Positions 11,394-24,601 of a stretch of DNA of 64,000 bases are shown here, one piece after another. Source of the DNA: Camelus dromedarius (taxonomy: Eukaryota); NCBI RefSeq assembly GCF_036321535.1, contig NC_087436.1:115384001-115448000 (forward strand), read 5' to 3'. The translations under genes were made by a program, and so were the position numbers. The number at the start of each line of letters is the position of its first letter. Position 1 is the stretch's first letter. The notes beneath the pieces were generated by a model that saw only the letters and a list, made by a program, of their open reading frames with translations, searched no databases and was not told the origin of the DNA.

Positions 11394-13209
11394 AGACTGA
11401 TATAGCCATACCTGGGGGAGATAAAGAATCTGCGACTTCAAGTGGCTTGCAGGTTTGAATGCCAGGAAAGCTGCTGGAAGTGTGACAGAAACACAGCAGG
11501 TTGGAAGATGTGGGGATGAATTTCACAATGTTGTTGAATACCTCAAACTGCAGTTGTTAGTTACAGCAGATTGCTTATAATGGTGATGCAAGGCCATATA
11601 TATTGTTGTTAATTAATTTCATAAATCTATTAATTCATAAGCAGGCTTTTTACTCTATAAACTATATTCACGCTTTTGTGTTTATATAGTTTTATAGCTT
11701 ATATATGTGAATAATACACGATTTTAATTTTAACCTTACTTTAGTACTGAAAACTCTTTTTCTCTAGGGAATATAATGAGTGATTCTTCATGTTTGGCAA
11801 GCTCATAATAGTTAAAAAATTTTTTTTAGGTTTTCTCTTATTTGATACTTGATACACTGCTTAAAAATACTTAAGAAATTAAGAGTCAGAGAGGTTAATC
11901 AATTTACTTCAAGATGTGCAGCATCCGAGAAGGCCTGAGATCAGAATATATGACAAGTTTTATTCCCTTCTCCATGTATCGTAACATTCCTTTTCATTAA
12001 ACAAGCAGATGATTTAAAGTTCAAAGCTTTAGGTATTTTTCAATCTATTTCTAGAAGGTGGGTGGTGGGAAGTGGGGTGTCTCTTCTTGAATTTTGAATT
12101 TATTTTCTTTATTCCAAATTATATAAAAAGGAGAGACTTCTTCATTGATTTCATTTCCTCTTGGTGAAAGTCCATGCTGTGTTTAGCAGACATCTTTTTG
12201 ATAACCATGTCATTTTGTTTTGATATTTCTTTTAGTTATATTTATATTCCTAAAAGCCAAATTCATCAGTGACTGCAAATAAAGTTGCCATCATCATCAC
12301 TCACAATATTATTTTCACCAAGAGCAAAAAATAAACGATGGCGGGGCTGAAACATATTGATCATATTTCTTTGGAAAATCATGAAACTTCCTCTGAGATA
12401 CACTATTTGTCATAGCTGTATTTTTAGCCCAGAGTAATGAATAACTGATAAAATGAAATATGGTGGGACATAATTGGCAAATGGAGAGTATTTTGCAGAA
12501 ATCACTCAAAGTATTTTGAATTTCATTTCCAGTCATGGTTTATTTAACACTAGCTGAGTGCTAAGAGTCATGCACAAAAGATTGATGATCTTTTAGAGCA
12601 ATTCCTAAACGTAATATTATGTCTTAAAGAATTATGCCACTCTCTTTAAGGGTGCTGAGAAAGATGTCAGAAGGCATCGATAACAATTCAAGTATGACTA
12701 ACCATCTGCATTTTGTAAATCAAGTAGACAGAGGGTTTCCCCATACACCCCCTAAAGGAATTACATGATCCTGAAAGACCTTCACTAAAGTATTTGTATG
12801 GTAGTATTGTTTGTTATTGAGAGGTAATGAATTTGTGAATAACTCTAGATGTCCCAGTAAGAAGAATGCAATAGAAATAATATAAGAATCTACTCAGGGG
12901 AGAATTTCTAGAAGTTTGATGTTGACATCAATGTTTCAGTTGGTGTTTTCTAAAGAATCATTTTTGTTCCTGATGGGGAAATCATAAATGTTCTGTCTAC
13001 TGAGTATTGTTCTAAATAGTCCCCCTGTGTCCTAAAAAATTTGAAAGTCTCTCTCAGTACATATGTTACTTCCAGGAAAGAATTTGCTCACTGAGAATCT
13101 TCAGATCTTAGAAAATTGAGAAGAAGTTGATGTTTGTAATTAGTACCATCTACACACCTTTCTCATTTCTTTTTCTCTTGTTCTTTTTCTATGCATTCTT
13201 TATCTCCTT

Positions 13210-13430
13210 TCAGGCAGTGGAATGTTTTGGAATTAGTATAAGATTAGAGTCAGAAAACTTGACTGGAGTTGCAGATCTGGTATCTATTAGCTTTGAAGCT
13301 ATGGACAAGTTACTTGGCTTCCCTGCACCTTAGTCCTTTTATCTATAAAATGAAGATTATTATCATCTAGGAGCAATGCTTAGGAAATTATGCACAATAT
13401 AGAATAGCTCCTTAAAAGTAAGTTATTATT
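13210..13430 (+). mobile_element. MIR SINE
   Basis: 'gagtcagaaaac...ggacaagttactt...atctataaaatgaag'. Confidence 0.7.
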
Positions 13431-15574
13431 ATCAAGACTTTTAACCTTCTGAATGAAAGATTCCTCTTTAAAAATTGGAAAAAAGATATACAAATTTGAC
13501 CTTAACTAGTTGTTTTTGCATCCAGTATAAAAGGAAAAATAACCTGAAATGCTTTGGTTAAGTAGTTTTATTTGTCTTTTGTGGAGAGGCAGTTTGTCTT
13601 AGTATATTGAAGTCAGAGGATTTGGGTTAGAGTCCTGATGAAGAATGATTCTATCTCTGGACAAACCATTTGGCACATTTGAGATACTATTTCTATATTT
13701 GGAAATTATAATAAAACTCTTGTATATCTAGGTCACTGTGGGACTCCATATGAGGTAGTGTATGACACTATGTAGGTCCTAAGAGTGGGAAAGGAGTATG
13801 TTAATGTTAGCTGTTGATATCACAATTGCTGTTCATAACACAGTTGTGTTAATCTCATAAGAAACAAATGCATTGTCATCTCTCCCTCTTTTATCTGTTT
13901 CTAGAAAAAAAGTGAAGACATCGTGCTTTCCTTCCCATGCACTGAATTGAAAATGGTGCCTCTCCCTAATGAGTTGCATTTAAAGCCTCAACTCTATTGC
14001 TTAGGGGAAGACGAATCATCATCCAGGAGTCACAAGACTTGGACAATCTGCTCGTGAGCTGCTACGGTAGATGCAGAGTTAAGACTTACATGAATCCTTC
14101 CTTTTGAGAAGTGAAGGGTTTAGTGGGAAAATTAAGTCTAAACACATATGCACAAGCACACACACATGAGGTACAGCTACATTTGGAGGAGCTCAGAGGA
14201 GGGAAAAACACCCATATCTGGTAGAAAGGACTTATAAATGAAGTGACATTTGAAATATATGGTAAAGAGCGATTGGGTTGAGTCTTGTGGGCAATGAAGG
14301 AGAGACAAGCATCACTTGTATAAAAGCTATGACGAAAATGTTAGAGGAAGGTGATTGGGAGGAAGAGTGGAAATACACAGGATAAAGAGAAATTTTTTTT
14401 GATTAGAATCTTGTACAGTGACAGGAAATGGAGGGTCCTAAGAACTGTCAGTCCTCAGAAGCTGGGTCTTATCCAGGAGATATGGAAGAGCTAATACAAA
14501 TTTTAAAGCCAGAGTGAAATATTATCAGAACTGGGCTTTAACAAGACGTCTATTTGTACGTATCCAAGTTTTAGCATAAGCTTTGGAGCTGTGGCTCTGG
14601 TATGAATCTCTTCCTCTCACCTTAACAGGCAGCCCCAAGGTTCTCCTGCTTCTTTTCTTCCCTGGCATTCATCTACACACAAGATTCTTCACTTTTGCCA
14701 GTTCCCACCTACCTTCCCACACCTGTGCTTCACTTTCTTTCTCTCCTGTCCTCCAAGATATCCTCAGTCATCTCATAGCCTTTACAAATGGACTCAATGC
14801 CCTTCAGTGCCTTTGCAGGTCCTTCACAGAGATTCCACTGCCTGCTCACTTGTGTTTGCCTCATGCTGTCCCTGAAACTCCACTGTAGCCAGTGCCATGG
14901 TGTGTAACTTACTGGCTTCTTTGCATGCTGGTTTCTCCAAATAAACATGAGCTTCTTTATGAAATGGTCCTTTTTTTTTTTGTCTCCTTCTTTGTAAGCC
15001 CACTTTAATTCACTTTATTACCAACAGGCACAATCTTATATTTGTGAGATATAATACTGCTGGCCTTGAACACCAGAAAATACAATTTGAAATTAGTGCT
15101 AAGGTTCTCTGTCCCCTTAGGGTCTAATGTACTCACGCTATGGTTTCCTTGAAATAAGCCTATGTTTTGTTGCTATAATTTTAATGCTATATTTATAAAG
15201 TGCATATTTGTTGAGAGGCCGTCAGATTATGTGACAAATAGCCTGAGATGAATTTCAGTGGACCTAAGTTCTGGCCCTAGTTCTTCCTCCAAGTGGACCT
15301 GTGGCCTGAGACAGTCATTTAAAATTTGTAGACCAGAGTTTCATAGCTACGAACCAAGACATTGTTTGCATGCTCCCTAGATTCCATTCAGCGCCAGGGT
15401 GCTATGACGTGCACCGTGCTAAGCAAGACAAGGCATCCTTGTGACCATCAGAGGAAAGGAGAACTGCTGGATGTTTGCAGGAAACTAATAATTCCGCCTT
15501 CCTGCCCACCAGATCATAAACCAACTGGCACGCAGGAGCTGGGTCAACATTAAGGCACTCGATTCCTTAGAGAT

Positions 15575-18130
15575 AGTTTCTCAGTGGTAGAAAGCACAAG
15601 GTGAAATATTCTGGAATTTATTTCTGGAAGAAATGTCTCAGTATTACCCAAGCTCTCAGACCTCTAAAAACATCACAGATATATCAGTTAACCTAAACTT
15701 TTTAGGATTTAACATCCCTCTGATACCTAAGGGCTTTTCCAGCATTTCCAGAGTGCTTACCACTTCATAATCTCCAGGTCCAATAAGCATGATGTTATCA
15801 GTGTAGTGCACAGCTATAAAGTTTTATTTATAAAGTTTTATCTGGATACCGTCACACCCATTAATTTACATAATGTCTCTGCTCAATGGCAGAGTTTAGC
15901 AGTTGTGACAAAGATTGTATGGTCTGCAAAGCCTAAAATATCTCTTACTTGACCCTTACAGTAGAAGTTTGCTGAACTCTGGTCTAGTGGAATAGTGTCA
16001 TGCATGGCAGTGTGTCCAGATGGTCAAGGTCCTTTCAATCTACGCTGAGACAGAGCAAGGGATTAACAGAGCCCCGAGACAAGACTGTAAAAGTGTACTG
16101 CTATCTTTCCAGGTGAATGCCAACAGCATCTGATTCCCCCATCCTGGTAGGTGCAGAAAATTATAGTTTTTGCAGATCAATAGCTATATACCAAGGGCAA
16201 GTAGAGAATGGTGATTTCTTCTAGAAAAGATACGACTCCAACCCAGAGACTGTTAGTGGATCTAACACTTCGTTGTATTTATAAAAGATTACCATCATCT
16301 GTCAAGAGCCGCCTTTAAAAATGTTGTATATAGCAGTGAATTAAGTAGGGATGTAGTGAGCACCACCACTGCTGTGTCCTTTAAGTTTCCGAGGGCGGCT
16401 TCATCTGTGCCCCTTCATTTAGGGTGTGCTAATACTTTTGATTTTCTATAAATGAGGGATGCAGACAGTTTTACAAGCTTGTACCTGGCCTTTTGTAGCA
16501 TAATAGCTCTTCATCCACAGGTGAGGAAACACGATGTTGGTTCTGACTGATGCTAAAGTATATCCATGGAGATTACGTTCTCTGATGCTTGGGAAATGGC
16601 CCAGTCATTATGTACTCAGAAACTGAGTTAGGACTTATTTGGGTCAAGAGTCTAATTATTACGTGCCTTCTGCACATGTACACTCTGAAAGGGGGGCTAC
16701 CCTCTTTCTTTTTTTAACCAGTGGTAATTCAGATCCTGCATCCAAGGCTGTATCAACATCCAGATATTTTTTCCCCCTCAAAAAAAAGGTTATTTTTATA
16801 AACAGCTGTATGCTGCTTGGGGAAGAAATGGCTATTAGATGTTATTACTGTAGCATTAAAGGTTCCTTTCTAAAACATTCATGATCTTTGTTTCCTTCAA
16901 TAGACTCTTCCTCCAACAACTGGTTTAGGGAGTGATTTTTCCATTGTGGTAGCTGTCATTAGCCTTCTTCGTGCCTCCCTTCTTAATCTTTAAAAAAGTT
17001 ATATAAATAAAAATTATCCTCATTGACTGTCCTTTGAAATGCTATCACCAAGATCTCTGGTCGCCTTTCTGGAATTACTGCCTGTTCACTTCACCTCTGA
17101 TAATTTGTATCCACTTTACCCCTAATAATTGTGAGTCTCAGCTGTTCGGAAATCCTTTCATCCTGATCTGTTAAAGCCATCTGGCACCTCTCCTTCATTT
17201 ATTTGTAAACCATTATTGTCTCTAAGCTTCAAGGACCAACTCCAAAAGAATACTCGGATTAACTTAAGGCATCCTTGCAGGGGCATTAAATCCTAAATCA
17301 CTGGAGAGTGTTCCTATATCAATAAACTCTCCTCTATCAAGCCATATGCTGAACCCTCCAGATCTACCCTCAGCCACGTTCTACTGATTCCTGACTGTGT
17401 GCACTACCTACCTCTTTTCATGATATATCCTTTCATCTCTGGGCCATGCTAATGCTAAATATTAGCAGAGAACAATGAAGAGAGGAGCAGATCTTGAGAA
17501 GGGCCGGTATCATATTGGTTGGCATTCATCTTGAATGAAGCCCTTGCATGGTCTTTATGCAACGAGAGGTCATTCTTCTTTAGTAGAAGGTTGGTCTTCA
17601 GCCTAGAAGGTTTAAGGACGTTAGGATTCAAACACATCTGCCCAATGTTCACACTCCTGGCTTTCAGAGTTCTATTCTTTTCCTATCATGGATCTAAGCT
17701 ATAGAAGACTTGCTGGAGCTATGAATTCAGCCTTTATCCTAACTCTGAAACCCTTATAGTCAAATCCCTGGCCAGATACTCAGCAAAGTCTATTCTCCAG
17801 GTGAAGTTAAGGACATTTTTAAACATGTTCATTGAAGTTTACTTGCTTTTTCAATTTTCCCATTTTAATAGTTGCCTAAATCAAGACTAGCATTTTCTTT
17901 TTCAGAGCTCTAGGGCACTTGTTAACAGCCAGAATCCTTAAATTTTCCATTGTCCCATAACCTAGTACATACTTTCACACCTATACATATTCCATCACCA
18001 TCCACCATGGTTGACGTTTCTGTTAACTGACTTACCACCCACTATAGTGCCATGTTGCCATCTGGTCATTTAGCAACCTAATCCCAGATCCTTGTTCCTA
18101 TGGTCTATAATTTTACTCTTGATTCCAATT
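15575..18130 (-). mobile_element. ERV-L internal region (degenerate gag-protease-reverse transcriptase)
   Basis: Minus translations: gag WLDRGEFIDIGTLSSDLGFN (~17280-17345); protease LDAGSEL (~16725-16746) and ISQASENVISMDIL; RT PWYIAIDL, AFTW..QYTFTVL and VHYTDNIMLIG (YxDD position, ~15780-15812). Collinear with HERV-L/MuERV-L proteins; many stops and frameshifts. Confidence 0.9.
15813..15982 (+). mobile_element. MER58-like hAT-Charlie fragment inside the ERV-L RT
   Basis: 'ggcagagtttagcagttgtgacaaag...gcaaagcctaaaata...ttacagtagaagtttgctgaactctg'. Confidence 0.8.
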
Positions 18131-19210
18131 ATCATAGCTTGTGTTTCCCCTGAAGTAGATCCTGATATAAGGTTTTGAGCGCAATAGTCTATTTTTTTAA
18201 TCGAAGTATAGTTAATTTACAATGTTGTGTTAGTTTCAGGTGTACAGCAAAGTGATTCAGTTACACACACACATTTTTTTTCAGATTTTTTCCATTAGAT
18301 GTTATTACAATATATTGAATATAGTTCCTTGTGCTCTACAGTAGGTCCTTGTTGTTTATCTGTTTTATATAAAGTAGTGAGTATATGTTAATTTCAAACT
18401 CCCAATTTATCTCTTCACCAGCCCCACTTTCCTTTTTGGTAACCACAAATTTGTTTTCTATGTCTGTGAGTCTATTTCTGTTTTGTAAATGAGTTCATTT
18501 GTATCATTCTTTTAGACTCCACATATAAGTGATACATCACATTTGTCTTTCTCTGACTTACTTCACTTAGTATGGTAATTTCTAAGTCTATCCATGTTGC
18601 TGTAAATGACGTTATTTTACACTTTTTTATGGCTGAGTAATATTTATTGTTTATATTTACCACATCTTCTTCACCCATTTATCTGTTTATGGACATTTAA
18701 TTTATTTCTGTGTCTTGAATATTGTAAATAGTGCTGCTGTGAATATTGGGGTGCATGTATCTTTTTGAATTAGGGTTTTCTGCAGATATATGTGCAGGAG
18801 TGGGATTACAGGATCATATAGTAACTCTATTTTTAGTTTTTTGAGGACCTTCCACACTATTCTCTATAACGGCTGCACCAATAATATTTCCACTCACAGT
18901 GTAGGAGGGTTCCTTTTTCTCTACACCCTCTCCAGCATTTATTATTTCTAGACTTTTGAATGATGGCCATTGTGACTGGTGTGAAGTGATGCCTCATTGT
19001 AGTTTTGATTTGCATTTCTCTGACAGTCTATTGAGTGCAAAAGTCTGTTTTGAGAAGGGTCACAGTTTTCACCACTAAGAGATGGGAAACTGAAGCAGGA
19101 AAGAGAAGGCTCTCAATACAGTGTATGCTAATGAACAGTTATGAGGCCAACTGGGGCTCAGTCCTACTGAGGTCCTCTTGGACCCTGCATGAAAATGCTT
19201 CAGAGTTAGA
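18131..19210 (-). mobile_element. 5' LTR of the ERV-L (LTR33/LTR16-like), split by an L1
   Basis: 'ttcccctgaagtagatcctgatataaggttttgag' continues after the L1 as 'gagtgcaaaagt...caactggggctcagtcc...cttcagagtta'; directly adjoins the internal region. Confidence 0.75.
18195..19030 (-). mobile_element. 5'-truncated L1 with ~20-bp TSD
   Basis: Antisense L1 3'UTR and ORF2 end; TSD 18175-18194 vs 19031-19050 (17/20 identical). Confidence 0.92.
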
Positions 19211-20217
19211 CACATGCTATGTGGCAAATATTGAGCTGAATGTAAATAAAACAGGAAATAAAATACCTAATCCTTTAGGGAACATTCTGAGACTTAGAGT
19301 TTTATTAGGGTAACTAAAATGTGAATCCATGAATAAAAGATTAAAATACTCACAAATGCTGTTCCAGAGATAATATCTAGGGAGAAAAATATATTAAAAA
19401 TCATTTTTAAATATCAAATAGTCCATGACATAAAAAAACAAATAATATAAATACCTTATGATAAAAAAGTATATTTCCTATTCTACATTTCCCCATTACT
19501 AATCTTACTATCCAGAGTCATCTGCTATTAACAATTTATGTATTTACTTCTTATGGTAGTTATTATATAACTGCACAGTGCCTTTACAAGCATTGCTTCA
19601 GAAAGATCTGTTTGTGCTCCATCATCCCCGTCTCCTATTCCTCTTCCTCTCAACTTTTAATAGGAAAATTATTGTTAACATCTTATACCTGGTTGCCTTT
19701 GAAATTATATACAAACATATATATGTACATATGGTATACCATTTGGATACTATTTAGATAGCATCTCTTGAGATGAGGCTAGGTAGTGTCCCTACCTTTC
19801 ACTTGGATAAAGGAGTTTTAATTCTATTTTTTCAATGACATAATTTGACTTTCAGGAGTTATAAATGTGTGTATTGACAAACCAGCCTCCCATTTTATGT
19901 AACACCAAGTGAATCAATGGAAAAAAAAAAAAACAGCAACAAAAATATGTAGAACGAACAACAACAAAGAGTAGTGATAGAAAATTGATTTCCTACCTAG
20001 CGAATATTCTCAAGGAGCAGTGAAGTATTTTGTACCTTCTATTGAATGATTTTGGTATTTCTAATGTGTATCCTGAACTACTATTTTCTTTGTCTCTTAA
20101 TCCTGGATATTAGCTACACAGGGCATTATTCCAAACTATTAGACACAATTCCTAGCTTCAGACACTGACTTGCAGGTTACGGTGACAATAATGAAGATAT
20201 TTTAATAGTAGTATATA

Positions 20218-20407
20218 AGGTTGAGATAAAATACAGGACTCCCATGTAAATTTGAATTTAATTAAACGATAAATAATTGTAATATAAGTATGCAAAATAT
20301 TTCATGAAACAAACTTAACTAAACAACTATTTGTTCTTTTTCTTTTTATCTGAAATTCCATGTAGCTGGGTATCCTAAATTTTTATTTGCTAAATTTGGT
20401 AAACCTA
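20218..20407. mobile_element. MER53-like palindromic MITE
   Basis: 'ataaaatacagga...aaatttgaattt' mirrored by 'atctgaaattc...tatcctaaatttttatttgctaaatttggtaaacc'. Confidence 0.75.
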
Positions 20408-21582
20408 CAAGTATATAATTGATGTAGTTAGTAATTAAGAGAGAGAGACATGGGTATGAAATATAAATTTTGTAATGACTTCCATATAACTGATAAGGTA
20501 ACATCTGTTGCTAACCAACTCTCTGACCCTGGCCAAGTTAACCTCACCTCGTATTTGTATAATGTGAAGACTCTGTTAATGGATTTCCTTCAGCATTTTC
20601 CATTTTTTTAGATAATATGTATCTATGAGTACATTTCCTTGAATATATTTACTCATTATTTCCATATTGTTATCTACTATGAACAAAATGTACTCTAATT
20701 TCACAGAGTTTGCTGCCATGTTGAATTTTTAGGGAAGAGCAAATTATCCTCTGCATGCAAAAGTGCCTCTGGCTCTGATTTTTTCCATCCTTTTATAAAA
20801 ATTAATGGGCAGCCATTCTGATATAGAAATGTTTATTTCTGTAATACCACTTTCTCTTATTCATTCACTTTGGTCACAGTATGCTATATTTGGGTCATAA
20901 ATTTTGATTTATACTCAAGTCACACTGAGAGGATATTGATTCACTTGAACATATTTGATGCATTACATTTCTGAATGCTGCAGTTGCCTACAAAACAGCA
21001 AAATCATTTATCCCTATTTTTATTCTCAAGAGACCTTCATATTTGAGAAAACATCACATTTGACTTTCATATAGGTTTCAGGCCCTATTCTAAATGGCTG
21101 ATCAGCCCAAGATAAGAAACTTCTCCATACTCCAGCACAATGATGTTAGGGTCTCTGGCCTCCATGGTTTCAAAAATGATCATAAAATAAATTTAATTAT
21201 ATTTTGATAATTTAATAATGCTGGCAGCTACAACCATCTACACTGTGAAACATTCAGTATTGTTATCACAATTACTACAGGTGGTGAAACAGAAGCTCTG
21301 GATGGCTAACTGATTTATCAAAATAGCCCCCTCTGTGAAACAAGGGACTAACATTGAACACAGGGTTTCTGGTCTCAAATCTTACTCTCTCTCCATTGTA
21401 GAATGCTTGTCCTTCTTGATCTCATAAGCTTTCCTCACAAATAATGAGTCATCTTCAAGGACATTATACAAGGGAGTGAAGATACAGAGCATTAGAGAAA
21501 TCTTAAACAGATTTAAAAAGAAAAGGGTCAAGTCCTACACTCCACCAGCTGAGCTGTAGTTGGTGCACTTCAGATTACATTC

Positions 21583-21838
21583 AGAGAGTAGGTCTCTTAA
21601 GCCTTCTTATCACAAAAACACAACAAAACAAAAAGAACAACCGCAAAGGGACATAACGTCGCACTGAACGGTGTTGGATATGGCTTTTAGCTTGATTGTG
21701 GTGATGGCATCAGTGGTGTATACATATGTCCAAATTTATTGAATTGAACACATTAAATATGCACTGTTCTTTCTATATCCATGATACCTCAATACAGTTG
21801 TATAATAAAATAAAATAAAACTAAAATAAAATAAAATA
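21583..21838 (+). mobile_element. Old L1M (L1MA/MB-like) 3' end with (TAAAA)n tail
   Basis: 'ttagcttgattgtggtgatgg...tacatatgtccaaat...acattaaatatg...atacctcaata'. Confidence 0.8.
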
Positions 21839-22859
21839 GGGCAAATTTCTGTCTCTTAAGGAGTTAGATGATCTGAAGACATAGAAGTTCGGGAATGGCT
21901 GGATACAAAAAGGATTTTGGATTAGTATATATAATTAAATATCATCCATAACCCTGTGTCCTCTTTCATTATTGATGAATCAGTATGCATCCAGCTGTGG
22001 GCAATCACACTTTAAAGAGGTTTAGAAACCAGCTGTGGAAGCAACCCTTGAAAGAGTTTTAGACATTTAAATTGGAGAAGAGGGTATCAGTGAGGCTGAA
22101 CATCATGGAGAGAGAGACTCGTTCATTGTGACTCAAAGGACAAAGCCAGGGTTTTAGATTAATGAAAAGTGAAAGGATGAGATGGCGGAGAGAATGAAGA
22201 GGAGGAACAGGGAGGCAAATTCATATGTAGTAAGCACATCCTGTACACTGAGGATTTCAAATACGTAATCTCCACACTTGCAGTCGTTTTCTCAGAGGTT
22301 CTGAGTTGGGAAATTGATAGATACTTTATTTCACTCAGAATGCATTTACCTTCTAATCGATTTTGTATTGAAAAAGTTCAAGAAACTGTGACTGTCCCAA
22401 AGAGACATAGACCCCAATACAGATAAAAAACCTACCAAATATATTGTTTTGTTGCCCCATCTTACGAAGCACTTTTGCCTTATGATGTCTAAAGACAAGG
22501 TGTGTGGTAAATGTTACGTTTTACTGTCCAGCTCTCTTCCCTTTTCTTCTGGTATCAGCTTCCCCAACTTTCTTCAGTAATCCTCTCTTCCTTCAGTCGC
22601 AGCCTATGTGGGTTGGGCAGTTCAAATTGCTCACTGTTCTATGGGCGGCCGTAATTTTAGGTGTTGGATTCCATTTGCACATCCCTATGGCTATGTCATC
22701 GCATAGATCACGAGAGTGGTTTTGCTTGTGTTTGGGGTAACAAGTATCAAACTGAGTGTATCTTTTTTGTCTCCCTCTCTGTCTTCCTTCCTCCCTTCCT
22801 TCCTTTTATCAATCTCTCCTCTTTCGTTTTTTTTTTCTTTTTCTTTTTACAATATATGG

Positions 22860-23200
22860 CTGAAGAAAGGGGAAAGAGGAGGAATGTTGTTTAAGGGCAC
22901 AAACTTGCAACTAATAGATAAACAAGTCCTGGAGATATAGTGCACAGTATGATGATTATAGATACAGAAAAAGATATAGTACAGCACTGTATTGTAAACA
23001 TCAAACTTAAGAGACTAGATCTTTATTGTTCTCGCCATAAAAAATAAATAATAATTATGTGATATAATATGGATGTTAGCCAATTCTACAAAAGGAATTA
23101 TATTGCAGTATATAAATGTATGAAATTAACACATTGTACACATGAAACTTGCACGATGTTATGTGTCTAATATATTTCAAGAAAACAAAACAAAATAAAA
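22860..23200 (+). mobile_element. L1 3' end (L1MA-like)
   Basis: 'aagggcacaaacttgcaact...gtcctggagat...aacacattgtacacatgaaacttgcacgatgttatgtg' then A-rich tail. Confidence 0.85.
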
Positions 23201-23652
23201 GTAATGGAAGATTGTGGGGATTAAAGAGAACAATCTGGTTACATTTAACACATAACAGCAAAGCGGTGATATGAAAGTAGGATTCCTTGTAGTTAGATGC
23301 TATGGGGCAAGGGAATTCCATGGCACCCCAAGACAGGCTGGACAGAGTTAGAGGAAGATGGTAAAATCCAAATCTCCCCAAAGCTTAATGTTGAGAATCT
23401 CTGACAGTGGTCTGCCTTTATGTAGTAAAATTATTAGACTAAGGTAGAGGGAGAGAGAGGATGTTTCAGCAAATGCAAGCAACCTCAGGGAGGAGAGGGC
23501 ATAATCCTCACGAGCCACAGAGAAGTGGTCAGGGCAGCTGAACTGCAGGTAACAAGGGGATTGTCCTATGAAAACTGACCAAAGAGAAAAATAAGGGCTG
23601 GGTGTGTTTATCATGGAACATAATTTGTTCTTCATCCTAAAATAAATGACAA

Positions 23653-24015
23653 GTTATATGGGCTGAATTGTGTCCCCTTCAAAATTCACACGTTGAAGTC
23701 CCAACCCCTAGTACCTCAGAATATGACTGCGTTTATAGATAAGGTCTTTCAAAAGGTGATAAAGTTAAACGAGACCATTAGGATGGGGCTCTAATCCAGC
23801 ATGATCCATGCCCTTATAAGAAGTGGAGGAGACACCAGAGGATGACTGCATGAGGACCAAACAGGGAGAAGACAGTTGTTTACAAGTGAAGGAGAGAAAT
23901 CCTGGAACAGATCCTTCCCTCACAGATAGACCTCAGAGAACACCAACACAGCCTACACCCTGAGCTTCCAGCCTCCAGGACTGTGTGAAACTTAATTTCT
24001 GCTGTTTAAACCAAA
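23653..24015 (+). mobile_element. MLT1A/B-like MaLR LTR
   Basis: 'gggctgaattgtgtcccc...gttgaagtcccaacccctagtacctcagaatatgactg...cttccagcctccaggactgtg'. Confidence 0.9.
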
Positions 24016-24471
24016 CGTGTATTTCTCTATCCATTCGTCCAGCCATCTGTCTGTCTGTCTGTCTATCTTTCTATCTACCAACTATCTATATCTGTAGTTA
24101 ACATTCAGTGTTAACTGGTTCAAATCTAGTTCTGCCATTCACTTAATATTCATTTATACTGATCCAGAAACGTGTTTACATAAGCCAGAGCACCACACAG
24201 TGCACATGGCTGGCATATAAGGCACATTCAACCATTGTTCACTGGATTAATCAAGTAATTAATTAAAGACTTGAGATTTAAAGATATTAATTTACACTGT
24301 TCTCTAATTACTGTATTAGTTTTTATTTATGATAATACATAAGGATACCTGGTCCCCACTCCAGTTTCAAGTGGCTGAGAAATGCACTAGTGAAATGACC
24401 AGTCAAAAAAGGAAACGTTGATTTGGGCCAGAACATTGAAAATCGTCTCAGAAATTAGCTAGTCCTCCTCC

Positions 24472-24601
24472 GAATTACCATATATTCCAGTTTGCCCAGA
24501 AGAGTTCTGATTTAAACTTATTGTCCAAAAGTAATTATAAATGAACCCCTTTTAACTTTCAAAGGCGTCTGACTTTGAATAATAAATTGTATGGGACACT
24601 A
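24472..24601 (-). mobile_element. MER94-like hAT-Blackjack
   Basis: 'accatatattccagtttgcccag...gtaattataa...ccccttttaactttcaaagg...ataaattgtatgg'. Confidence 0.7.
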
